Shown here in pieces: positions 28,760 through 37,375 of a stretch of 64,000 bases of DNA (position 1 is the stretch's first letter; each line of letters starts with the position of its first letter). The notes below the pieces were generated by a model. That model did not search any database. It was not told where the DNA came from and worked only from the letters and a program-made list of their open reading frames with translations. Source of the DNA: Meiothermus sp. (lineage in GTDB: Bacteria > Deinococcota > Deinococci > Deinococcales > Thermaceae); NCBI GenBank assembly GCA_033762915.1, contig JANRLD010000026.1, positions 32,001 to 96,000 of the forward strand, in the 5' to 3' direction. The translations under genes were made by a program, and so were the position numbers.

Positions 28760-30946
28760 TTATCTCCGCGCCAGCCGGCCGGCCCGCGCGTCCCGCTCCA
28801 GCGCCGCCAACGTTCGTTCGACCCTGGCGAACTCGGCCTCCAGAGGCGGGTAAAGCCCGGCCAGTGCCGCCGCCGACTGGCCGCGGGCCTCGCGCTCGAG
28901 GGTCTCGCACAGCCCGGCCAGGGCCTTGGCCCCCACGCTGTGGGCGGTGGACCTCAGCTTGTGGGCGGCCGCGAAGGCGGCAGCGCAGTCAGGGGCCGCG
29001 CAGGCCCTTCTGAGGTCGTTCAGGCAGGGCGGGGCGTACTCCTGGAAGACCGGGATCAGGCTCAGGAGCAGTTCCTGCGCGTCTTCGCCCCACAGCTCCT
29101 CGAGGGCTGCCACCAGCAGGGCGCCTTCGGCGGCTTCCCCTCCGACTCCGGGGGCCTGGGGGCGGGTGGCCTTGAGGGCTCGAGTCAGCTCGGTCACCGA
29201 GAGCGGCTTGCTGAGATAGTCGTCCATCCCCAGGGCCAAGTAGCGCTCGCGGTCGCCGGTGAGGGCGTGGGCGGTCAGGGCCACGACGCGGGGCTGGCGG
29301 TGGGGCGGGAGCTCACGCCGCAGGGCCTGGGTGGCCTCGACTCCGTCCATCTCGGGCATCTGGACGTCCATCAGGATCAGGTCGTAATCGCGGTGCCGGA
29401 GCGCCTGCAACACCTCCAGCCCGTTGGAGGCCAGGTCGGCCTGATACCCCATGTTGCCCAGCACGCTGAGCGTCACCTTCTGGTTGATGACCTGGTCCTC
29501 GGCCAGCAGGATGCGCAGGGGGTGTTGCTGGCCCAGGCCGGGGTCGGACCGTGCGGGGGCTGCTCTTACGGGGCGGGGGCGCTGGCCAAAGAGCTGCAGC
29601 AGCACCTCCTGCAGCCTCGAGACCTTGACCGGCTTGGTCAGGCAGGCCACGAACAGGTCCTCGGTGTCCAGGCTGTGACAGCCCAGCGAGGTCAGCATCA
29701 GCAGCGGCATGAGTCGGCTGTGGGGGCTTTCCCGCAGGCGCCGCCCCAGCTCGAGGCCGTCCATCTCGGGCATCTGCATGTCCAGCACCGCCAGGTCGAA
29801 GCGCTCGCCCGCCTCGATCAGGGCCAGGGCCAGTCGGGGCCCGTCCACGGTGCGGGCGACCATGCCCCAGTTCTCGAGCTGCAGCCGCAGGATACGGCCA
29901 TTGGTGGGGTTGTCGTCGACGATCAGCACCCGGCGCTCGCTCAGCCGCGAGAGGTCGGCGGTGGACTGGTCGGGCTGGGGCGCGGGGGTGGTCCTCAGGG
30001 TGAAGTAAAAGGTAGAACCCTGACCCGGCTGGCTGTGCAGACCGATCTGCCCGCCCATCAGCTCGACCAGGCGCTTGGAGATGGCCAGCCCCAGCCCGGT
30101 GCCGCCGTACTTGCGGGTGGTGGAAGCGTCGACCTGGCTGAAGGCGCTGAACAGCCGATGCTGGTCGGCGGGGGCGATGCCGATGCCAGTGTCCCGCACC
30201 GCGAAACGGAACTCGTAGCCCCCCGGCGGGTCGGACAGGGCCCGGGCCTCCACCCCCACCTCGACTTCGCCTGTGTGGGTGAACTTCACGGCGTTGGAGA
30301 GGAGGTTCATCAGAACCTGGCGCAGCCGGGCCATGTCCCCCACGATGTGGCTGGGCAGACCCTCCTGGGCTACCAGGGCCATCTCGAGGTGCTTGGTGGC
30401 GGCCTGTGCAAAGACCAGGTCCAGGGCCTCCTCGACGCAGGCCCGCCAGCTAAAGGGGTGGGCCTCCAGCTCTAGCTTCCCGGCCTCGATCTTGGAGAAG
30501 TCCAGGATGTCGTTAATCAGGCTGAGCAGGGCCTCCCCGCTGTGGCGCGCGGTCTGGGCGAAATCGGCCTGCTGGGGGGTCAGGCTGGTCTCCAGCAGGA
30601 GCCCGGTCATCCCGATGACCGCGTTGAGCGGGGTGCGGATTTCGTGGCTCATGTTAGCCAGGAACTCCGACTTCAGCCGCGACACCTCCAGGGCCTTGTC
30701 GCGGGCCCCGGCCAGCTCGCGCAGGGTCTGCTGGTGCCGGACGATCTCGGCCTGGAGTTCGGTGTTGAGCGACTGCAGCTCGGCGGTGCGCAGCGAGACC
30801 CTCGCCTCGAGCTCGTCGCGGGAGGCCTGGAGCTGCCGGTTGGCCAGATAGAGCTCGCGGCTCTTCTCCTCCAGGAGCGCTTCGGCGTTTTTGCGGGCTT
30901 GCTTCTCACGCTCGAGGCGGCGCTGCCAGACTTCCAGGTCTTCCAT
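28760..30946 (-). CDS. Hybrid histidine kinase (coiled coil-HisKA-HATPase-REC-REC-Hpt), H-NOX associated
   Basis: FLANMSHEIRTPLN, NLLSNAVKFT, GGTGLGL; two REC domains (LDMQMP, MDVQMP); Hpt AAHKLRS; no TM or sensor domain. Confidence 0.92.
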   Translation of the reverse strand: MEDLEVWQRRLEREKQARKNAEALLEEKSRELYLANRQLQASRDELEARVSLRTAELQSLNTELQAEIVRHQQTLRELAGARDKALEVSRLKSEFLANMSHEIRTPLNAVIGMTGLLLETSLTPQQADFAQTARHSGEALLSLINDILDFSKIEAGKLELEAHPFSWRACVEEALDLVFAQAATKHLEMALVAQEGLPSHIVGDMARLRQVLMNLLSNAVKFTHTGEVEVGVEARALSDPPGGYEFRFAVRDTGIGIAPADQHRLFSAFSQVDASTTRKYGGTGLGLAISKRLVELMGGQIGLHSQPGQGSTFYFTLRTTPAPQPDQSTADLSRLSERRVLIVDDNPTNGRILRLQLENWGMVARTVDGPRLALALIEAGERFDLAVLDMQMPEMDGLELGRRLRESPHSRLMPLLMLTSLGCHSLDTEDLFVACLTKPVKVSRLQEVLLQLFGQRPRPVRAAPARSDPGLGQQHPLRILLAEDQVINQKVTLSVLGNMGYQADLASNGLEVLQALRHRDYDLILMDVQMPEMDGVEATQALRRELPPHRQPRVVALTAHALTGDRERYLALGMDDYLSKPLSVTELTRALKATRPQAPGVGGEAAEGALLVAALEELWGEDAQELLLSLIPVFQEYAPPCLNDLRRACAAPDCAAAFAAAHKLRSTAHSVGAKALAGLCETLEREARGQSAAALAGLYPPLEAEFARVERTLAALERDARAGRLARR

Positions 30947-30975
30947 GGGTTTCCTCGGGGCGGCGGGCAGGGCGG

Positions 30976-31518
30976 CTAGGCCGCCTTGGTCAGCACAAAG
31001 CGGGTGTGGGTGCCGGCCTCGTCGAGGTTCTCGCGCAGGATCTCGATGGACTCGCCGAAGTGCTCGACCGAGGACTCGATGAGGCCGTGGGCCAGGTCGG
31101 CGAAGGGGCGGGTTGAGCGGTAGGTGAGCACGAAACGGTCGGGCCCGGGGCGGCTGCTCTCGAAGCGCGGCAGCTCGGCGTCGGGGTAGAGCTTGTGCAC
31201 CTCGACGTGGATGTGGCCGTCGATGCTCTCGAGGAAGTCGAAGGTGTTGCCCACCCGTGAGAAGAAGGCGGCGTGGTGGCTGGTGAAATGCTTGAAGATG
31301 TAGCGCCCATAGGCCCGGATCAGCTCGGGGACGGCGATGCCCGAGGCGCCGTGCAGGTTGGCCACCAGCTGCACCAGCTCGCCGTGGTCGTAGGTGCCCA
31401 CCGCGGTGTAGCTGCCCCCCGAAGCCAGCCGGGCCTCGCCGAGAATGCGGTCCACGGTCTGGTAGCCGAACTGGCTCTCCACCATCTCCAAGAATTCCGT
31501 AAAGATTACGCCCTTCAT
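30976..31518 (-). CDS. H-NOX (heme NO/O2-binding) protein
   Basis: MKGVIF N-terminus; proximal His region IDGHIHVEVHKLYPDAELP; YxSxR heme motif (YRSTR); GLIE. Confidence 0.92.
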   Translation of the reverse strand: MKGVIFTEFLEMVESQFGYQTVDRILGEARLASGGSYTAVGTYDHGELVQLVANLHGASGIAVPELIRAYGRYIFKHFTSHHAAFFSRVGNTFDFLESIDGHIHVEVHKLYPDAELPRFESSRPGPDRFVLTYRSTRPFADLAHGLIESSVEHFGESIEILRENLDEAGTHTRFVLTKAA

Positions 31519-31684
31519 CCCTAAACTATAGTGATCTCAGCAGCCCCCCGATGTGAAAAATGGCCGGCCGTTTTGTGGCCTGAACCCCAGCCCGCGCTGA
31601 GGTTCGCCAGTTAAGGAAACGCGTTTCGTCAATTCGTGTGACCTATTCACCCGTACGCCCCCCTGCCGGGCATACGATCATCGT

Positions 31685-32368
31685 ATGCTCAAGGTCTTGG
31701 TGATCGACGACGAGTCGGTGGTACGCAAGCTACTGCGGACGGTGCTGGAGCGCGGGGGGTACCAGGTCTTGGAGGCGGTCAACGGCCTGCAGGCGCTCGA
31801 CCTGCTGCCTAAGGCCGATCTGGTGGTGCTGGACTGGAACATGCCCGAGATGGACGGCATCGAGCTGTTGGAGCACATTCGCCAGACCCAGTGCGATCTG
31901 CCCACCCTGATGCTCACCGCGCACGACCGGGAGAGCGAGCGGGTGCGGGGGCTGCGCTCGGGGGCCGACGACTACATGGGCAAGCCCCTGCGCAACGAGG
32001 AGTTCTTGGCCAGGGTGGAGGCCCTGCTGCGGCGCTCGAGGCGCGTGCAGACCCTGCGCGTCGGCCCGCTCGAGCTCGACCCCGCCAGCCAGGACGCCCG
32101 CCTCGACGGGATGCCCCTCGAGCTGACCCCCACCGAGTTTCGCCTGCTGCTGGCGCTGGCCCGCTACCCCGGCCAGACCCTCCCCCGCAAGGCCCTCTTC
32201 TCCCAGGTCTGGGGCGACGACCCCGAGGTCGACGAGCGCATCGTGGACTACTACGTCAAGCGTTTGCGCAAGAAGCTGGGCGACCATCCCAAACACCCCC
32301 GCTACCTCGAGACCTCCTTCGGACGCGGCTACCGCATCAAGCACGAACCGGTCGCTGTCCCGGCCTAA
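31685..32368 (+). CDS. OmpR/PhoB family response regulator
   Basis: VIDDE, LDWNMP, GADDYMGKP; winged helix LTPTEFRLL, YVKRLRKKL, TSFGRGY. Confidence 0.93.
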   Translation: MLKVLVIDDESVVRKLLRTVLERGGYQVLEAVNGLQALDLLPKADLVVLDWNMPEMDGIELLEHIRQTQCDLPTLMLTAHDRESERVRGLRSGADDYMGKPLRNEEFLARVEALLRRSRRVQTLRVGPLELDPASQDARLDGMPLELTPTEFRLLLALARYPGQTLPRKALFSQVWGDDPEVDERIVDYYVKRLRKKLGDHPKHPRYLETSFGRGYRIKHEPVAVPA

Positions 32369-32396
32369 GCTTCCGCTCTTTCTTGGGGCCGGGGCC

Positions 32397-34088
32397 TCAG
32401 GGCTGGCTCCACTGGAGGCTGCGGAAGAGGATCGAGAGGGGGCGCGAGTCGCCCTTGGCGAAGTCGCTGCCCGAGCCGTTGTAGTGCTTGACCCGGAACT
32501 CCAGGGTGTTCCTGCCGGGCTCGAAGCGCAGCTCGAGGGCCCGCTGGAGGTCTTGGCCGGCCGGCAGGCCCGAGAGGGTCTCCAGGGGCTTGCCGTTCCA
32601 CAGCACCACCAACTCCTGGCCCGCGATGGGGTTGTAGAAGGTGAACTGTACGCGGCCGGTCTTCTCGCCCGCCGACCACACCGACACGCTGGTCGAGGCC
32701 CCCTCAGCCCAGCGGATACTGCCGTTCTCTGAGTCGCTGAAGCCCTGCAGGGCCACTTTAGCGGGGTTGGTGGCCACCAGGTCAAGGGTCCCGGGGGCGG
32801 GGGTGAGGGTGCTCACCACCTCGGCGGGCAGGGAGCACAGCCGGGCGCGCTCGAGCCGGAACGAGCCGTTCTTGCTGCTGAAGGCCAGCTGCTGGGGTGT
32901 GCCGGGGCGGTCGAGGTAGAGGGGCACCTTGATGCGGTAGGCGGTGCCCTCGGGCCCCAGCTTCAGGCTGAGCTCGCGGCTCATGCCCGCGCCGCTGAGC
33001 TGCACGCCCAGGCGCTCGGTGCCCTTGGGGGTGACGTCGGCCACCAGGTAGTCGCCCAGGCTCAACTTGGGCAGGGTGAGGGCCTTGCCGTCGGAGGTCA
33101 GCGGGCGGGGGCTGGCGCAGCCGTCGAGGATCAGGGGGGCCAGGGTGAGCGCCCATTCCTGCGGAAGGGCGGCCTGATCCACGTCCAGCAGGAAGGCCTC
33201 CCATAGCTGCCAGATCACCACCTTGGGCGGGGTGCGCTGGAAGACGATGTCGCGCAGGTAGTCCTCCATGGGCAGCCAGGGGCCCCGGCCGGCCTGGGCG
33301 GCGTTGGCCACCTCGCGGCCCAGGAAGGCGTTTAGGCCGAGGTCGAAGGGCCACAGTCGACCACCCTTGGAGGCCGAGGAGCCGACCAGGGTCACCAGCG
33401 GGTCGGTCTGGTCCAGCAAGCCGCCGCCGGGGGAGAGCCGCTTGAGCTCGTAGGGGACGAAGGGCTCAGGTTTGTAGGCGGCCTGGCGGTTCTGGGGCAG
33501 CCGGGGGGTCAGGCTGGACTCGAGGTAGGTCTCGGGCTTCTGGGCCACCAGGTCGAAGTTCACCGCGGGGATGTCCTTCAGATCGAGGTTGGCCTTGATG
33601 TAGTCGCCAACCGCCTTGGCCGCGATCACTGCGCCGCGGCTGGACCAGTGGTGGTCCTGCTTCTGGTAGACCGGGTACTGGGCCTCCTCGGGGGCCCGGC
33701 GGCCGGCCGCCATGGGGGTGTAGAGGTCCACGGTGCGGACGTTCATCTCGCGCAGCTGGGTTATGGCCCGGGTGTAGCGGGTGCGGATGGGGTCGGTCAG
33801 GGGCAGGTCGTCGGGCAACTGGTCGCTGTAGAGGTGCAGCTTGGCCGGGACCAGCGCCACCACCAGCTTGATGCCCCGCGACTCGAAGAGCCGGTTGACG
33901 GTTGCTATGAAGCGTAGCTTCTCGTCGATGTCCTGGGGGGTCTCCTGCTTGTATTGGCCGAACTCGGCCACGTGGAAGAGCCAGCCGTTCTTGCCCTGGG
34001 CGACGCCGCGCTGCTGCAGGTCTTCGACCGAGCCGGCCAGGGCCAGCCCGCCGAGGGCGAGGGTGGAGAGTAGATGGAGTAGTCGCAT
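32397..34088 (-). CDS. AlgX/AlgJ-family SGNH O-acetyltransferase with C-terminal beta-rich domains
   Basis: Signal peptide; GKNGWLF, LVPAK, DHHWS (DxH), VGSS, PPKVVIWQ. Confidence 0.8.
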   Translation of the reverse strand: MRLLHLLSTLALGGLALAGSVEDLQQRGVAQGKNGWLFHVAEFGQYKQETPQDIDEKLRFIATVNRLFESRGIKLVVALVPAKLHLYSDQLPDDLPLTDPIRTRYTRAITQLREMNVRTVDLYTPMAAGRRAPEEAQYPVYQKQDHHWSSRGAVIAAKAVGDYIKANLDLKDIPAVNFDLVAQKPETYLESSLTPRLPQNRQAAYKPEPFVPYELKRLSPGGGLLDQTDPLVTLVGSSASKGGRLWPFDLGLNAFLGREVANAAQAGRGPWLPMEDYLRDIVFQRTPPKVVIWQLWEAFLLDVDQAALPQEWALTLAPLILDGCASPRPLTSDGKALTLPKLSLGDYLVADVTPKGTERLGVQLSGAGMSRELSLKLGPEGTAYRIKVPLYLDRPGTPQQLAFSSKNGSFRLERARLCSLPAEVVSTLTPAPGTLDLVATNPAKVALQGFSDSENGSIRWAEGASTSVSVWSAGEKTGRVQFTFYNPIAGQELVVLWNGKPLETLSGLPAGQDLQRALELRFEPGRNTLEFRVKHYNGSGSDFAKGDSRPLSILFRSLQWSQP

Positions 34089-34113
34089 GGTTTCACCTCG
34101 GTTCGTGCGGGGT

Positions 34114-34740
34114 TTACTTAAGGGTCTCGGTGGTGTTCTGTAGCCAGACGGCCTTGAGGGTGCCGCCCTGGTTGAAGACCATCACGCTATAGGCGCTGTT
34201 GGCCTGGAGGTCGGTCTCGGGCAGCTTGAGGGGTTTCGCGTTGCCCGCGAAGACTGCCAAGCGGGCCTTGACCGCCCCCACCTGGAGCATCGCGTACTGC
34301 CCGGGGGTCACCCTGGGCATCAGGGTGAGCTGGCCATCGGCGGTTTTGAGGCTGAGGGGGGTGCCCGAGAGGTTGTAGAGGCTGATGCGGGCCTTGGTCA
34401 GGCTCGAGGCGGTCTGATCGGGGTTGAGCCAGAGGCCGCTGGGGGTGAGGGAGACGGTGTAAAACCGGCCGGCCTCGAGGTCGACGCTGATGGTTCTGCC
34501 GCCGACCTCCAGGGTGTAGCTTCCGCCCTTGATCACCTTGTACGGGGTGACCGCCGCGAAGGCCAGTCTCTCGGCCAGCACGGTCTGCCGTGCGCTGGCC
34601 CGCACCGCGGCGGGGGTGGCGTTGACCACCCGCACGAACGCGGCGTCGGGGGGTGGGGCCGGGGCGTAGAGGCCGGCCGGGTTGGCCAGGCCGAGGCCGA
34701 GGAGGGCGAGGGAAATGGAAGCAATCTTTTTCATGTTCAC
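34114..34740 (-). CDS. algF: AlgF-like O-acetylation accessory protein
   Basis: Signal peptide then GLYAPAPPPDAAFVRVVNA; KARISLYNLS..LSLKTADG; position between two AlgJ/X-like genes. Confidence 0.78.
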   Translation of the reverse strand: MNMKKIASISLALLGLGLANPAGLYAPAPPPDAAFVRVVNATPAAVRASARQTVLAERLAFAAVTPYKVIKGGSYTLEVGGRTISVDLEAGRFYTVSLTPSGLWLNPDQTASSLTKARISLYNLSGTPLSLKTADGQLTLMPRVTPGQYAMLQVGAVKARLAVFAGNAKPLKLPETDLQANSAYSVMVFNQGGTLKAVWLQNTTETLK

Positions 34741-35825
34741 TCCTTTACGGTTGGGCTAAGGTGGGCTAAGGACGGAAGGTGCTCTTCGAGGGGCAGATAC
34801 AAGAAGCGCTCGGAGAACTCCCAGACCACCACCTTGGGGGCCGGGCTGAGGCTGGCGAGCTGGGGCAGGAAGCGGTTCATGCTGCCGGCGAAACCCGAGC
34901 CCTCCTGAGCCAGGTTGAGCACCGGCGACCTCAGGGCTTCCTGCAAGAAGCCCTGGAAGTTGCCGCGCAGGCTGTAGGAGGTCCCCACCAGCACCACCTC
35001 GGGCTCGCTCCCGCCCAGCAGCCCCTGGTTGGCCGCCGACACCGTCTCCACCTGCAGGGGGGCCTCGAGGTCGCCCTCCGGGCGCCAGCCCGCGGGCAGG
35101 TCGGCCAGCCCCATCAGGTTGATCAGGTCGCCCACCCGCTCGGCCGGCGGGCCGGCGGGCCGGCTGCGGAACTGGGTTTCGGGCAGGCTCAGCCCTAAGG
35201 CCAGGACGGTGCGGGCCACGGCCTGTGCGCCGATCTCGGCCCCGGACTGGTTCCAGTGGGTGTCGGTCTTGTAGAAGACCGGAGCCTGGGCGGCGGCGGC
35301 GCTGAGGGGTTGGGTCAGCCGCACGGCCGGCACCCCGCGGGCCCCAAGCCGGCTCAGGAAGTCCTCGAGGCCCCCCTGGAGCTGCTCCGGCAGGCCCAGC
35401 CCGGGCAGGGACTCGGGGTGGATGCGGGCCTTGGCGGGCACCACCACCACCACCAGCCGGGTGCCCCGGGCCCGCAGGGCGCCCTCGAGTGCTGCCACGG
35501 CCTCGGCCCGGCGCTCGAGGTGGCCCTGCCAGCCGGGGATCGGCCGCAGCTCCTGGCTCAGGTACAGCCAGCCCCCCGACCCCAGCACCACCGCGTCGGG
35601 GGCGGTGCGCAGCAGGCGGTAGCGCAGGGCGTTGGCGGCCTGGATGGCGGGCTTGCGGGTGGCCAGGGCGTCCTCGACCTTGCGCGGCTCCAGGCTTCCG
35701 ACGCTCAGCGCCGCGGCCGTGCAGAAGGCCAACCCGACACCCAGCACCGTCAGCAGGCCGACGGTCGGGAGCAGATAGGGGGAGGGCGGAGAATCGGGGC
35801 GGGACTTAAGGCGGGGCAGGATCAC
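34737..35825 (-). CDS. algJ: AlgJ-like SGNH O-acetyltransferase
   Basis: N-terminal TM; VVLGSGGWLY, VVPAKARI, FYKTDTHWNQSGA, VGTSYS, PKVVVWEFSER; GTG start at 35825 after GGAG. Confidence 0.82.
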   Translation of the reverse strand: MILPRLKSRPDSPPSPYLLPTVGLLTVLGVGLAFCTAAALSVGSLEPRKVEDALATRKPAIQAANALRYRLLRTAPDAVVLGSGGWLYLSQELRPIPGWQGHLERRAEAVAALEGALRARGTRLVVVVVPAKARIHPESLPGLGLPEQLQGGLEDFLSRLGARGVPAVRLTQPLSAAAAQAPVFYKTDTHWNQSGAEIGAQAVARTVLALGLSLPETQFRSRPAGPPAERVGDLINLMGLADLPAGWRPEGDLEAPLQVETVSAANQGLLGGSEPEVVLVGTSYSLRGNFQGFLQEALRSPVLNLAQEGSGFAGSMNRFLPQLASLSPAPKVVVWEFSERFLYLPLEEHLPSLAHLSPTVKE

Positions 35826-35838
35826 GTCGTTCTCCGGG

Positions 35839-37245
35839 TCAGAAGCGGAAGTAGAGGAAGGGGACGAACTCGTGGGCCGAGGCCAGCAGCAGGGCCACCA
35901 CGAACAGCGGGAAGACCAGGGTGCGCACCGCAGGTAGGTAGCGCTGCAGCTCGAGGTGGTCCAGGTGGGGGGCTCCGTAACACAGCGCCGTGCCCAGCAC
36001 CAGCACCGCCACCCGCTCGGGGGTAAGGGCCAGCGAGACCGACAGCGAGAGCCCCAGGCCGTACATCCCGAAGGCGCCCAGGTACATATTCGCAGCGTCT
36101 TGCAGGCTGTCGCTGACGAACAAAATCCGCCCCAGCACCACAATCACCAGCATCTTGGGGACGGCGTACCAGATGGGCGGGGGCGGGCGCTTGAAGCGGT
36201 CCTTGAGGTAGCGCTCGAGCATTAGGAAGAGCCCGTTGTAAACCCCCCAGACCACGAAGGTCCAGTTGGCTCCGTGCCACAGCCCGCCCAGCACCATGGT
36301 GATGGCCAGGTTGGCGTAGGTGCGCAGGTCGCCCTTGCGGTTGCCCCCCAGGGGGATGTAGAGGTAGTGGCGCAGGAAGCTCGACAGCGAGAGGTGCCAG
36401 CGCTGCCAGAACTCGGTGATGCTCTGGGCGGTGTAGGGGTGACGGAAGTTTTCGGGGATGCGCAGGCCCAGCATGGCCGCGACCCCGATGGCCATATCGG
36501 AGTAGCCGCTGAAGTCGTAGTAGAGCTGGATGGTGTAGGCGAAGGCGCCCAGCCAGGCGTCGGCCATGCTGGGGTTGGGTACGCTGAATGCGGCCTGTAC
36601 CAGCGGGGCCAGGCTGTCGGCGATCAGCACCTTCTTGCTGAACCCCACCATAAAGCGCATGGCCCCCCAGCCGAAGAGGTCGGTCTCCATTTGGGGCGCG
36701 GCGAACTGCGGCCCGGTCTTCTGGTAGCGCTGGATGGGGCCGTTGAGCAGGTAGCCGAAGAACGAGAGGTAGGCCGCGAAGCGCCAGGGGCTGGGCTCGG
36801 GCTGGGCCTCCTTGCGGTACACGTCGACCATGTAGCTGATGGCGCTGAAGACGTAGAAGCTGAGCCCCACTGGCAGGGCTAAGTTGAGGGTCGGGGAGAG
36901 CCAGCCCTGGGTCTCGAGGCCTAGGCCACCCAGCAGCCCCTTAAGGGCCTCGAGGCCGAAGCCGGAGTATTTAAAGTAGCCCAGCACCCCCAGGTTGAAG
37001 ACCACGCCCAGGCTCAGCAGGCGCAGGTTACGCTTGGGGTTGTCGGTGGTCACGCCCCGCCCTACCAGGAAGCTGACCAGGGTCACCAGGCCCAGCAGCA
37101 GGGCGTATTGGGGCTGCCAGGCGGCGTAGAAGAGGTAGCTGGCTCCCAGGATCAAGTAAGCCCGCAGCCGGGCCGGGGTCATCCAGTAGATGACCAGGAA
37201 CAGCGGGAAGAAGCCAAAGAAGAAACTGGGGGAAGTGAAACTCAT
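35839..37245 (-). CDS. algI: AlgI-like MBOAT O-acyltransferase
   Basis: LPVGLSFYVF, DFSGYSDMAIG, FWQRWHLSLS, GLWHGANW (catalytic His), C-terminal FLYFRF. Confidence 0.9.
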   Translation of the reverse strand: MSFTSPSFFFGFFPLFLVIYWMTPARLRAYLILGASYLFYAAWQPQYALLLGLVTLVSFLVGRGVTTDNPKRNLRLLSLGVVFNLGVLGYFKYSGFGLEALKGLLGGLGLETQGWLSPTLNLALPVGLSFYVFSAISYMVDVYRKEAQPEPSPWRFAAYLSFFGYLLNGPIQRYQKTGPQFAAPQMETDLFGWGAMRFMVGFSKKVLIADSLAPLVQAAFSVPNPSMADAWLGAFAYTIQLYYDFSGYSDMAIGVAAMLGLRIPENFRHPYTAQSITEFWQRWHLSLSSFLRHYLYIPLGGNRKGDLRTYANLAITMVLGGLWHGANWTFVVWGVYNGLFLMLERYLKDRFKRPPPPIWYAVPKMLVIVVLGRILFVSDSLQDAANMYLGAFGMYGLGLSLSVSLALTPERVAVLVLGTALCYGAPHLDHLELQRYLPAVRTLVFPLFVVALLLASAHEFVPFLYFRF

Positions 37246-37375
37246 CACTACAACCTGAGCCCCAGGGTAGAGAGGAGTTGTGGGAAAGTCGTGGGCAGAC
37301 AGAGGAGCTGTACGGGAGCGGTTTTTTGCTTCGGGGGGTCCGCCAACTCCCTGCCCGCGGCCCTCGAGGTGCGTC

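Noticed and set aside
28307..30475. 722-aa plus-strand ORF
   Set aside because: Begins in repeat DNA and runs antisense to the hybrid kinase.
21705..31645. GTG(A/G)AAAA-like motifs upstream of several genes (about 21710, 25300, 31553) as a shared regulator site
   Set aside because: Too short and inconsistently spaced to support without motif statistics.
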